This document shows positions 1-9,461 of a stretch of 59,725 nt of DNA, one piece after another. Origin of the DNA: an uncultured Campylobacteraceae bacterium (GTDB lineage Bacteria > Campylobacterota > Campylobacteria > Campylobacterales > JALSKU01); assembly GCA_964556545.1 (NCBI GenBank), contig CAZKWE010000053.1, positions 1 to 59,725 on the forward strand, given 5' to 3'. The notes below the pieces were generated by a model, which did no database searches, was not told the origin of the DNA, and saw nothing but the letters and a program-made list of their open reading frames with translations. Both the position numbers and the translations under genes were made by a program. The first letter of the stretch is position 1; the number at the start of each line of letters is the position of its first letter.

Positions 1-783
1 TTAAAAGATATTACAAATATCCCTCAAAAAGAAGCTATGATACTTGCTTTAAATATTTTGAAAAAAGATCAATCTTATCTGTTTTTGCATGAAAATGATA
101 AATTTGAAAAATATGATGAGTTTATATCTTTTGTAAGAAGAAGAGCAAATGGTGAGCCCGTAGAGTACATTACAAAACAAGTCAGTTTTTACGGAGAAAA
201 TTTTTTTATAGACAAGGGTGCATTGATTCCCAGGCCGGAGACGGAAATACTTATTGATGAAACTATAAAAAATATCAACAAGACGGGTATAAAATATCCA
301 ACTATAGCTGAAATTGGTACAGGCAGCGGAATTATCAGTATAATTTTATCTTTAAAATTACCAAATGTAAAAATCATAGCTACTGACATATCCAAAGATG
401 CTTTGAAAATTGCTAAAAAAAATATAGAAATATTTGATTTGCAAAAAAATATAACTCTTGTAAATACTTCATATCTTGACGGTGTCAATAATGATATAGA
501 TATCATAGTATCAAATCCGCCTTATGTTTCAAACGGTTTTAAAGTTGCAAAACCTCTTTATTATGAGCCAAAAGAAGCTATATTTGGAGGCGAAAACGGA
601 GATGAGGTACTTTTGGATATTGTAAAACTCGCAAAGAAAAGAAAAGTTATATTCTTGGCCTGTGAAATGGGATATGACCAAAAAGAAAAAATGACAAATA
701 TTTTAACACAAGAGAAATTTAAAAACTTTTATTTTTATAAAGATTTAGCTATGCTTGAGAGAGGATTTGTCGGATATATTTGA
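1..783 (+). CDS. prmC: Release factor glutamine N5-methyltransferase PrmC/HemK (5'-truncated by window edge)
   Basis: Frame is open from base 1 (LKDITNIPQKEAM...). Has R-R-x-x-G-E-P-x-x-Y-I, ALIPRPETE, the SAM motif EIGTGSG and SNPPY. Confidence 0.95.
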   Translation, partial: LKDITNIPQKEAMILALNILKKDQSYLFLHENDKFEKYDEFISFVRRRANGEPVEYITKQVSFYGENFFIDKGALIPRPETEILIDETIKNINKTGIKYPTIAEIGTGSGIISIILSLKLPNVKIIATDISKDALKIAKKNIEIFDLQKNITLVNTSYLDGVNNDIDIIVSNPPYVSNGFKVAKPLYYEPKEAIFGGENGDEVLLDIVKLAKKRKVIFLACEMGYDQKEKMTNILTQEKFKNFYFYKDLAMLERGFVGYI

Positions 784-818
784 AAAAAAGATAAAATAGA
801 AATATGACAGGAATAATT

Positions 819-2051
819 ATGAAAAAAATTTTACTTATGATAGGGGTATTTGCTATGATGCTTCAGGCAAAACAGCAAACTATAGTTTTTGCAGCAGGAT
901 GTTTTTGGGGTGTGGAGAAGTATTTTGAGTCTATAAAGGGAGTAAAAAAGGCTGTTAGCGGATATGCCGGAGGCAATTATGCCAATCCTGATTACGACAA
1001 AGTTCTTTCATACCGATATAATACTCCCGAAGGGGTAATAAATTATACCGAATCAGTAAAGATTGTGTATGATGACAGCATAATAAGCACAGAAGAATTG
1101 ATAAAAAAATTTTGGGAATTACATGACCCCACTCAAGGCAACAGACAGGGAAATGACAAGGGTAATAATTACAGAAGTGCTATTTTTTATACAAATGATA
1201 CACAAAAACAGATAGCTTTTCAAACAATGCAAGAATATCAAAAGTTATTGAATAAAGCCGGATTTGGGAAAATTACAACCGAAATAAAATATCTTGACAA
1301 ATTTTATATAGCAGAAGAGTATCATCAAAATTATCTTAAAAAACATCCTTATGGTTACTGTCCGAATCACAAAACAGGAGTAATATTTCCTTTAAAAAAA
1401 GAGAAAAATATTATCTCATATATAGAGCCTCTCGGCGGAAAAGAGATAATTGTTATAGATGCTTCTTTTTGTCCGTATTGTGAGAAATTTAAAAAAGATG
1501 TTATATCCGGATACAAAGGTGATATACCAATTAGAATTGTACACAAAGATAGACTTAAAGGATTTAAACTGCATTCAAAACTTGATGTTACCCCAACGAT
1601 ACTTTTTATAAAAAATTCAAAAGAAGTATTTTCCCATAAAGGATATATTGATCCGAAAAGTTTTTATAAAGTTTTAGGCAAGTTTAAATTCGGCAAAGAT
1701 AGTGAAGCATACAAAGTAGCTTTTAACAAGAGTACCGATAATAGATTTTGCAAGCAGTATGATATATTTAAAGATACTCCGGATGGAGTTTTTATAGATA
1801 AGCTTTCAGGTGAGCCTTTGTTTGATACAAGAGATAGATTTAATTCGCACTCCGGATGGCTTAGTTTTTATAAGCCTATTGATGGTTCGGTCATATATAA
1901 AGATGATAACAGTTATGCAATGCATAGAGTTGAAGTTATAGCTAAAAAAAGCGGTATTCATCTCGGCCATGTTTTTAATGATGCCCCGGGAGGCAAAAAA
2001 AGATACTGTATAAATGCTACCGTTTTAGAATTTATTCCAAGGGATAAATAA
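819..2051 (+). CDS. msrAB: Exported methionine sulfoxide reductase fusion: signal peptide-MsrA-thioredoxin-like-MsrB
   Basis: AAGCFWG (MsrA), HDPTQGNRQGND, AEEYHQNYL, central CPYC thioredoxin motif, HLGHVF and RYCIN (MsrB). Start moved to ATG 819 because of AGGA at 809-812 and the signal peptide MKKILLMIGVFAMMLQA. Confidence 0.9.
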   Translation: MKKILLMIGVFAMMLQAKQQTIVFAAGCFWGVEKYFESIKGVKKAVSGYAGGNYANPDYDKVLSYRYNTPEGVINYTESVKIVYDDSIISTEELIKKFWELHDPTQGNRQGNDKGNNYRSAIFYTNDTQKQIAFQTMQEYQKLLNKAGFGKITTEIKYLDKFYIAEEYHQNYLKKHPYGYCPNHKTGVIFPLKKEKNIISYIEPLGGKEIIVIDASFCPYCEKFKKDVISGYKGDIPIRIVHKDRLKGFKLHSKLDVTPTILFIKNSKEVFSHKGYIDPKSFYKVLGKFKFGKDSEAYKVAFNKSTDNRFCKQYDIFKDTPDGVFIDKLSGEPLFDTRDRFNSHSGWLSFYKPIDGSVIYKDDNSYAMHRVEVIAKKSGIHLGHVFNDAPGGKKRYCINATVLEFIPRDK

Positions 2052-2063
2052 AATTTTAAGTAA

Positions 2064-2089
2064 ATACTTCCCGCAAAAACGGGAAATAT
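2064..2089. terminator. Probable intrinsic terminator hairpin between convergent msrAB and ftsZ
   Basis: TTCCCG-caaaaa-CGGGAA stem-loop (2068-2085) immediately after the ftsZ stop, with A/T-rich flanks. Confidence 0.6.
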
Positions 2090-3213
2090 CAATCCATCTG
2101 ATTTCTTATAAAAGTAGGGATATCCAAAAGATCTCCTTGTTCTTCATAACCTCCGCTAACTTTTTTAAGTTCGGCAATTCTCTTTTTTCTTGCCTCGTTA
2201 ACAGGGTCTATCAATGTTAAATTGTCTTGCTGGTCTTTGTCGTTTTCAAAACCTGTGGCAACAATTGTTATTTTTACTTTGTTTTCCGGCATATTTTCAT
2301 CAGTTGTAGTACCAAATATCACATGAGCATCTTCATCGGCATTATCATATACTATTGCCATAGCATCACTTATTTGACTTAAAGGACAATTTGGATGGAT
2401 ATTGAAATGAACCAGTACTCCCAAAGCACCATCTATGCTCATATTGTCAAGCAACGGAGATTCTATGGCATTTTTCATAGCTTCAACCGCTGCATCTTCA
2501 CCTTCATATTCGCCAACTCCAAGCAATGCCATTCCTCTGTGACTCATAACAGTTTGAACATCCGCAAAGTCAAGATTTATATCATTATTGCCATACGAAA
2601 GCACAACCGAACTCATTCCTCCAACTGCACGAGAAAGAATATTGTCAACTATTTTGAAACTGTCTTTTATACCTAAATTTTTATCAATGATACTTAAAAG
2701 TTTATCATTTGGTATAACAACTATGGAATCACTCTCTTTTTTAAGTTCCTTCAATCCCTCTTCAGCCAGCCTTGCTCTTCTTCTTCCTTCAAACATAAAA
2801 GGTTTTGTTATAACTGATACGGTTAAAGCTCCGACTTCTTTCGCTGCTTGTGCGATAATCGGAGCTGCTCCTGTTCCTGTTCCTCCGCCAAATCCGGAAG
2901 CTATAAAAACTATGTCGGCATTTTCCAAAGAACTTCTTATCTCTTCATAGTTCTCAAGAGCAGATTCTCTGCCTATTTCCGGCTTCATTCCGGCACCCAA
3001 GCCTTTTGTCTTTTTTTCGCCAAGTTGTATTTTTGTAGGAGCAAGTGACGCATCAAGAGCCTGTGCATCGGTATTGGCTACTATAAGATCAATCCCGCTA
3101 ACACCTTCGTTGATCATATGATTTATCATATTTCCTCCGCCACCGCCTACTCCGACGACTTTTATACAAGCTCCTGCTACTTGTTTTGATTCTTCTACTT
3201 TAAAATCATTCAC
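2089..3213 (-). CDS. ftsZ: Cell division protein FtsZ
   Basis: VGVGGGGGN, NTDAQAL, tubulin signature GGGTGTG, INLDFADV and C-terminal LDIPTFIR peptide. Confidence 0.99.
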   Translation of the reverse strand: MNDFKVEESKQVAGACIKVVGVGGGGGNMINHMINEGVSGIDLIVANTDAQALDASLAPTKIQLGEKKTKGLGAGMKPEIGRESALENYEEIRSSLENADIVFIASGFGGGTGTGAAPIIAQAAKEVGALTVSVITKPFMFEGRRRARLAEEGLKELKKESDSIVVIPNDKLLSIIDKNLGIKDSFKIVDNILSRAVGGMSSVVLSYGNNDINLDFADVQTVMSHRGMALLGVGEYEGEDAAVEAMKNAIESPLLDNMSIDGALGVLVHFNIHPNCPLSQISDAMAIVYDNADEDAHVIFGTTTDENMPENKVKITIVATGFENDKDQQDNLTLIDPVNEARKKRIAELKKVSGGYEEQGDLLDIPTFIRNQMD

Positions 3214-3225
3214 TTTTATATCTCC

Positions 3226-4584
3226 TCAAAATAGTTGTGTTATCGTATTCCAAAATTTTGACATTTTTTCTTGTATCCCATCGCTCTTTTTTATCTTTTT
3301 TATATCTACAATATCGTCTTTTTCAGGTTTTTTTTCATTTTTTGCTTTTTGTAAATCTTCGGTTATATGTTGTATATTTTGTATATTGTTTGTTGGTTCG
3401 ATTATCTCATTTTTATATCTTAGTTTTTTATTTGAATCTATTTCATACGGAGTAAAATATCCTCCTCCATAGAGTACGAGGCCAACCCCTGTTGAAAACA
3501 TAGGATCTTTTAAAGTTTCAAACATTCCTTCTGTTTTTTTTGGTTTTGCTATGCGAACGGGCATATTGTCAAATATGGCAATTGCCAATTCTCTGAGTCC
3601 TTCTATTTTCGTAAAACCGCCTGTCAATACAATTCCTGCTCCAATTTGTTCTTTAAATTTACTTTCATCTATAGACTTTGCCAGTATCATAAGAGTCTCT
3701 TCCACTCTTGCATATATAACATTTGATACTATTTCAAGTGAAATTTCATTGGTGTTTGCATCATCACCGATAATGGGTAACTCTATTAGCTCATTACTGA
3801 CTTTTTTAAGAGAGCCGTATTTTATTTTAACTTCTTCTGCGGCACTCAACGGTGTATGAAGTGCCATAGAGAGATCATTTGTTATGTTATTTGAGCCAAC
3901 TGCCAAAAAGTCATTGTATCTTATGCTGTTTGATGTGTTTATGCAAAGATTGCAAGTAGCTCCACCCATATCTATAACACATACTCCAAGCTCTTTTTCA
4001 TCTTCATTTAAAACCGAAATACTTGATGCATAACTGTTTAAAACTATATTGTCTATGGCTACCCCGGCCAATTCTACTGCTTTTTTGAGATTATTCAAAG
4101 AAGTTTTTTGTGCGGTTATGATATGAACATGAACTTCAAGTCTGTTTCCGGTCATACCTAATGGATCATCTATAAACTCTTGGTTGTCAACTTTAAAATT
4201 ATACGGTAAAACATGTATTCTTTCATAATCAGCCGGTATGTTGGCATTATGATCTGCCATCATCATTACCCGGTTTATCTCTTTTATGCCTATTTCCTTA
4301 TCAGGAATATTTACAACACCGTAACTTTCTACACTTTTTGTATATGCACCCGAGATTGAAATTATAACTTTGTCAATATTGGTTCCGGCAACCTTCTTTG
4401 CTTCGCTTAATGCTTCTTTTATAGAATTAGAAGCCAATTCTATATTGGTTATGATACCTTTTTTGATACCTTTTGATTTAGATATACCACTCCCAGCAAT
4501 TTTTAAACTACCGCTATTTTGCTGTGCTATGATAGCACATATTTTTGTAGATCCGATATCAATACCAAGTATGGTTTTGCTCAA
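3226..4584 (-). CDS. ftsA: Cell division protein FtsA (TTG start)
   Basis: LGIDIGSTKI, IDMGGATCN and VLTGG actin-fold motifs. Directly upstream of ftsZ. Confidence 0.98.
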   Translation of the reverse strand: MSKTILGIDIGSTKICAIIAQQNSGSLKIAGSGISKSKGIKKGIITNIELASNSIKEALSEAKKVAGTNIDKVIISISGAYTKSVESYGVVNIPDKEIGIKEINRVMMMADHNANIPADYERIHVLPYNFKVDNQEFIDDPLGMTGNRLEVHVHIITAQKTSLNNLKKAVELAGVAIDNIVLNSYASSISVLNEDEKELGVCVIDMGGATCNLCINTSNSIRYNDFLAVGSNNITNDLSMALHTPLSAAEEVKIKYGSLKKVSNELIELPIIGDDANTNEISLEIVSNVIYARVEETLMILAKSIDESKFKEQIGAGIVLTGGFTKIEGLRELAIAIFDNMPVRIAKPKKTEGMFETLKDPMFSTGVGLVLYGGGYFTPYEIDSNKKLRYKNEIIEPTNNIQNIQHITEDLQKAKNEKKPEKDDIVDIKKIKKSDGIQEKMSKFWNTITQLF

Positions 4585-6048
4585 CTATTGTCCTTTATAG
4601 AAACTTTCTATTTGGTACTTTTCTCGTAATTTAGAAAGCAACTTTTGGTTTATCTCTGCTAACTTAGCATTTTTAACATTATTCTTAAGTAGCATTTCAT
4701 ATGTTTTAAGTTTACTTTTATCAAGCAATTTTTGTTCCACTACTTTATATACTATTGCTTTGCTACCAAATACTTTATAGCCTTTTTTGTTTGATGAATT
4801 AAACACCTGATTTAAAAAGTCAACTGCTTCAAGCTCATTTAAACCTTTTATCTTTTTAATGTCATCTCTACTGAGAAATCCAATATCTTGTCCGTTTTTA
4901 AAATCAGAGACTAATTTTTTGGCTTCATTTGCAAGTTGTTGTTTTTTGGCAATTTTGATATAGTCTTGTTTTACTCTTTCTTTTGCCTGTTTAAAACTCA
5001 TAGGTTTTGGCATTACTATTTTGGTAATTTTTGCCACTATGTATCCATCTGCGAATTTAAATGGTTTTAATACATCTCCTATGCTTGCATTTCTTAGTTT
5101 ATCTTGAGGAAAGAGACTTTGTTTTACACTTACGCTTATTTTTTCATCAGGCTTTATCTTACCTTTTTTAAGAGCAAGATATTTTTTAAGTGCAAATCTT
5201 TTACCCTTTTTAAATTGCAAATCTTTTATTACTCTGTCTTTTGCATCATCATAACTTAGTATTTTTCCGTTTTTGTCGGTATATTCATATCGTTTTTTGG
5301 CATAATACTCTTTTGATTCATTTTCATCAACCTTTATAAAAGATACCGGTACTTTTATTGCGGCAAGTTCGTAAGTTTTGGTTGTCAGATATGTTTTTTT
5401 TCTTTTTTCCCAAAACTTTTTTAAAATATTGTCATCTGTGATTATTTTTGATGGATCTGCATGTATAATCTTTATCATAAGCTTATCCTGCATAAATATT
5501 GAAGCTCCGAATGTTTCTATCTCCAATGCAGTAGGATAAAGCTTTAAGATATTATTTAGTTTGTTAAGAGTAATTTCTTTCTTTAAAGATTCTTCATAAT
5601 CTTTAGGTCTAGTACCTATATTTCTTAACACTCTATAATACTGGTCTTTATCAAAAATACCGTTATGCTGAAATGCTTTTGTGTTTTTGAGTGTATTTTC
5701 AACTTCACTGTCAAGTGTTGTCAAGCCTATCTCATCAGCATAGTTCAACATAAGTGCTTCATTGATAAGTTGCCCAAGTGCAACTTTTTCGAGCCCCATT
5801 TTTTTAGCCTTTTCTCTTGTCAATCCACCTTTTAATTGCTCCTGATAATAGTTGTATATATTTGTATACGCATTGTTTAATTCATTGATAGTTATCTTTC
5901 TGTCGCCCACTATCGCAACTGCTCCGGCTCTGTTTCTGTTGTAACTGTAAGCTCCCCATCCGACAAATCCTGCTCCTACAAAAGCTATCGTGCTTATCCA
6001 GATAGTAATAACCAAGTATTTTCTGTGTTTTTGCATCCATGTAATCAT
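4585..6048 (-). CDS. Membrane-anchored periplasmic chaperone, SurA-N/PpiD family
   Basis: MITWMQKHRKYL...TIWISTIAFVGAGFVGWG N-terminal anchor typical of Campylobacterota PpiD-like proteins. ppiD-ftsA-ftsZ order. Confidence 0.85.
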   Translation of the reverse strand: MITWMQKHRKYLVITIWISTIAFVGAGFVGWGAYSYNRNRAGAVAIVGDRKITINELNNAYTNIYNYYQEQLKGGLTREKAKKMGLEKVALGQLINEALMLNYADEIGLTTLDSEVENTLKNTKAFQHNGIFDKDQYYRVLRNIGTRPKDYEESLKKEITLNKLNNILKLYPTALEIETFGASIFMQDKLMIKIIHADPSKIITDDNILKKFWEKRKKTYLTTKTYELAAIKVPVSFIKVDENESKEYYAKKRYEYTDKNGKILSYDDAKDRVIKDLQFKKGKRFALKKYLALKKGKIKPDEKISVSVKQSLFPQDKLRNASIGDVLKPFKFADGYIVAKITKIVMPKPMSFKQAKERVKQDYIKIAKKQQLANEAKKLVSDFKNGQDIGFLSRDDIKKIKGLNELEAVDFLNQVFNSSNKKGYKVFGSKAIVYKVVEQKLLDKSKLKTYEMLLKNNVKNAKLAEINQKLLSKLREKYQIESFYKGQ

Positions 6049-6143
6049 ATGACACCTTGTATGATAATTTTAGCTATAATTCTATATAATTTGTTATTAA
6101 TTTATGATGAAATTTTTATATTTTACAAATAAAAGGGATAAAA

Positions 6144-7463
6144 ATGGACAATTTATCTTTAATGAGGGAGGATTTGAACTATATTTGGCATCCATGTACT
6201 CAAATGAAAGATCATGAAAAACTTCCGTTGATACCTGTAAAATCTGCAAAAGGAGTTTATCTTGAGGATTTTGACGGAAAAAAATATATAGATGCCATAA
6301 GTTCTTGGTGGGTCAATATATTCGGCCATCAAAACCAATATATAAAATCAAAAATCAAAGAACAGCTTGATAAATTGGAACATGTTATCTTTGCCGGTTT
6401 CACTCATGAGCAAATCATAAAACTTTCAAAAAGATTGGTTGATATTACTCCTAACAAACTAACAAAATGTTTTTATGCGGATAATGGTTCAAGTGCCATA
6501 GAAGTGGCAATCAAAATGAGCTTTCATTACAATAAAAACAGAGGTCTTACCAAGCCGTATTTCGTATCTTTGGAAAATTCATATCATGGTGAAACCATAG
6601 GTGCTTTGTCATTGGGTGATCTTGGGATATACAAGGCAAGTTATGAGGAATTACTTTTGAAGTCCATAAAGACGGAAGTACCCAAAGATCAAAGTGAAGA
6701 CGAAGCTGTAAAGGCTGCAAAAAAACTTGAAGAGATATTTGAAAAAAGAGCTGATGAAATATCCGCATTCGTTATAGAGCCTCTTGTGCAGTGTGCCGGA
6801 GGTATGCATATGTATCACCCGCTTTTTTTAAAACTTGCAAGTGAGCTTTGCAAAAAATACGATATACATTTTATTGCTGATGAGATTGCGGTTGGTTTTG
6901 GACGAACAGGTTATATGTTTGCCTGCGAGAGTGCGAAAATTGAGCCTGATTTTATGGTGCTGTCCAAGGGAATAACAGGAGGTTATCTTCCATTGTCGGT
7001 TGTTTTGCTTACACAGGAGATATATGATGCTTTTTACTGTGATTACAATCTTCACAAATCATTTTTGCACTCACATTCATATACCGGAAATGCTTTGGCA
7101 TGTGCAGCTGCAAATGCAGTACTGGATATATTTGAAAATGAAGATATATTGAATAAAAACAGAGAAAAAAGCAGTTATATATCAGATAAATTAGATTTGT
7201 TTTTAAAGCTTGAAAATGTAAAATCCATTAGACAAACAGGTATGATAGCGGCAATCACTTTGAAAGATTATGATGCAAAAGAGAGAGTCGGTTTAAAAAT
7301 ATATGAATACGGGTTAAAAAACGGGGTTCTTTTAAGACCTCTTGGTAATACCGTATATTTTATGCCGCCATTTGTTATAAAATATAGCGAAATTGATAAA
7401 ATGATGGATGTGGCTTATAAAGCCATAAAAAAATTATACTATAAAAACGATAAAATTGGTTAA
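6144..7463 (+). CDS. bioA: Adenosylmethionine-8-amino-7-oxononanoate aminotransferase
   Basis: IWHPCTQM, DAISSWWVNIFGH, SYHGET, FIADEIAVGFGRTG, PLP lysine in SKGITGG and HSYTGN. Confidence 0.96.
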   Translation: MDNLSLMREDLNYIWHPCTQMKDHEKLPLIPVKSAKGVYLEDFDGKKYIDAISSWWVNIFGHQNQYIKSKIKEQLDKLEHVIFAGFTHEQIIKLSKRLVDITPNKLTKCFYADNGSSAIEVAIKMSFHYNKNRGLTKPYFVSLENSYHGETIGALSLGDLGIYKASYEELLLKSIKTEVPKDQSEDEAVKAAKKLEEIFEKRADEISAFVIEPLVQCAGGMHMYHPLFLKLASELCKKYDIHFIADEIAVGFGRTGYMFACESAKIEPDFMVLSKGITGGYLPLSVVLLTQEIYDAFYCDYNLHKSFLHSHSYTGNALACAAANAVLDIFENEDILNKNREKSSYISDKLDLFLKLENVKSIRQTGMIAAITLKDYDAKERVGLKIYEYGLKNGVLLRPLGNTVYFMPPFVIKYSEIDKMMDVAYKAIKKLYYKNDKIG

Positions 7464-7471
7464 AAAAGATA

Positions 7472-8041
7472 TTATGCCTTACTAAGAGTAAGTATCCTGC
7501 AACTGTTTTCGATCAAAGAGAGTGTTTTAGCCATGCTGTATAAGTCTCTGTTGTATATGTATATGCCATATCCTTTTACAATTACGAAATGCTTTTTATT
7601 TTGTATTAGGTAACTGTATATTTCATATTCAGCTCTCTCACCCCAGGTTTCAAAGTTTTTGGGATTATAAATTTTTATATCTCCAAGATGAAGATATCCA
7701 AAATAATCTTTTGGGGAAATTATATCGTTTTTCAATGAATAAGCTGTAGTATAAGGAGGCATTGAAAAAGAGACATATTTTGCTTCTTCTATATTTTTAT
7801 ATATCTGAAGATGGGCAGATGCATTTTCATCAGCATCTTTCCATCTATAATCTTTCTTATAATTTAATTCTACAAATGAATCGGTATCAAGTTTGTCAAA
7901 CAGGACATCTTTTTTATTTATAATAAAACTTGCACTGTCATTTCTAAGAGAAATGGAACCGTTTTGGATACCGAAAAAATTTTTTCTAAAAAGAGAAAGA
8001 GAGATATTTTTTATCTCTTTTAATTGCCAATCATTAATCAT
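7472..8041 (-). CDS. Class II aldolase/adducin-fold protein (metal ligands degenerate)
   Basis: GSISLR..SFII and H-x-x-IY pattern of the FucA fold. The HxH and NHG motifs are replaced (see findings). Confidence 0.7.
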   Translation of the reverse strand: MINDWQLKEIKNISLSLFRKNFFGIQNGSISLRNDSASFIINKKDVLFDKLDTDSFVELNYKKDYRWKDADENASAHLQIYKNIEEAKYVSFSMPPYTTAYSLKNDIISPKDYFGYLHLGDIKIYNPKNFETWGERAEYEIYSYLIQNKKHFVIVKGYGIYIYNRDLYSMAKTLSLIENSCRILTLSKA

Positions 8042-8213
8042 AAAAGTATTTTATCATAATTAATGAGTGTTATACAATATATGATTTTGATATCAATATG
8101 TATTTTTAAAAATAGGTACTTATATATATCACATAATATCAGCTATTAACCTCAAAATAATAAATTTTTTAGTAAAATCTTTTTAAAATTATGAAAAACT
8201 CAAAAGGATATTT

Positions 8214-9140
8214 TTGAAACCTCCTCACATACCCGTACTTTACAATGAAGTTGTAGAAGTTTTCAGTGATTTAAAAAGCGGATATATTATTGATTGTACA
8301 TTGGGTTATGGTGGACACAGCGAAGCACTTTTAAAGAATTTACCGGATATAAAACTTGTAGGTATAGACCAAGACAGTGAAGCTTTGGAATTTTCAAAAA
8401 AAAGATTGAAGCCTTTTAAAAAGAGGGTTGTATTTGAAAAAGGAAGATTTTCTTCCGTTATAAAAAATCATCTTCATAAAGACATTAAAGGAATTTTAGC
8501 CGATATCGGAGTTTCATCTTTGCAACTTGATAAAAAAGACAGAGGTTTTGGATTTGAGAGCGATATTCTTGATATGAGAATGGATAAAGATCAGATGCTT
8601 AGTGCAAAAGAAGTTGTCAATAACTATTCAAAAGAGCAACTTGAGGAGATATTCAGGGATTATGGGGAGATAAGAGAGTATAAAAAAGTAGCGGATATTA
8701 TAGTCAAATCAAGGCAAAAAAAACCTATTGAAAGTGCAAGAGAATTGGCGAGTCTGATAGAGAAAAATTTTAAAAGAGGCAGAATTCATTCTGCCACCTT
8801 GGTATTTCAAGCTATCAGGATAGAAGTAAATGATGAACTTGGCGAATTGGCAAATTTATTGGAGGGTATAAAAAATGCTTCTCTTGAGCATTGCAAAGTG
8901 GCAATTATAACATTTCATTCTCTTGAAGATAGAATTGTAAAAAGAACTTTTAAAGAGTGGGCTAAAAAGTGTATATGTCCTCCTGATATTTATAGATGTG
9001 AATGCGGAGGAAATCATAATATAGGTAAAATAATTACAAAAAAACCTATAATTGCATCAAAAAATGAGATTAAGGCAAATCCAAGAAGCAGAAGTGCTAA
9101 AATGAGGGTATTTGAGATTGGCAAGATGGAGAAAATTTAG
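8214..9140 (+). CDS. rsmH: 16S rRNA m4C1402 methyltransferase RsmH (MraW), TTG start
   Basis: HIPVL, DCTLGYGGHS, DIGVSSLQLD, FQAIRIEVNDEL, ITFHSLEDRIVK and NPRSRSAKMR. Confidence 0.98.
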   Translation: MKPPHIPVLYNEVVEVFSDLKSGYIIDCTLGYGGHSEALLKNLPDIKLVGIDQDSEALEFSKKRLKPFKKRVVFEKGRFSSVIKNHLHKDIKGILADIGVSSLQLDKKDRGFGFESDILDMRMDKDQMLSAKEVVNNYSKEQLEEIFRDYGEIREYKKVADIIVKSRQKKPIESARELASLIEKNFKRGRIHSATLVFQAIRIEVNDELGELANLLEGIKNASLEHCKVAIITFHSLEDRIVKRTFKEWAKKCICPPDIYRCECGGNHNIGKIITKKPIIASKNEIKANPRSRSAKMRVFEIGKMEKI

Positions 9141-9448
9141 TGTCTGCAAAAGTTAAAGCAAAAAATAAAAAAGCTAAATATATTCTTTTAGATGAAGTAG
9201 AAAAACATAGAAAAAGACATGTTGATAACTTAAGTTTTAAACTATTGCTTGGAGTTTTGTTTGCTATATTTACGGTTTTCTTAATTGTTTTGCCCGATAT
9301 TTATCTAAAAAATCAAATATATTATGAAAGCAGAGATATAGCAAAACTGTACAATGAATATTCGGTTTTAAAAGAGGAAAACAGGGCACTAAAGCAAAAA
9401 CTCGAATATATAAAATTTAAAAATCAAGTGTTAGATACAATATTTTGA
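9140..9448 (+). CDS. FtsL-like bitopic cell division protein
   Basis: Basic N-terminus, single TM segment, C-terminal coiled coil. 1-bp overlap with rsmH, the usual ftsL position. Confidence 0.65.
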   Translation: MSAKVKAKNKKAKYILLDEVEKHRKRHVDNLSFKLLLGVLFAIFTVFLIVLPDIYLKNQIYYESRDIAKLYNEYSVLKEENRALKQKLEYIKFKNQVLDTIF

Positions 9449-9461
9449 GAAAGAAAACAAA

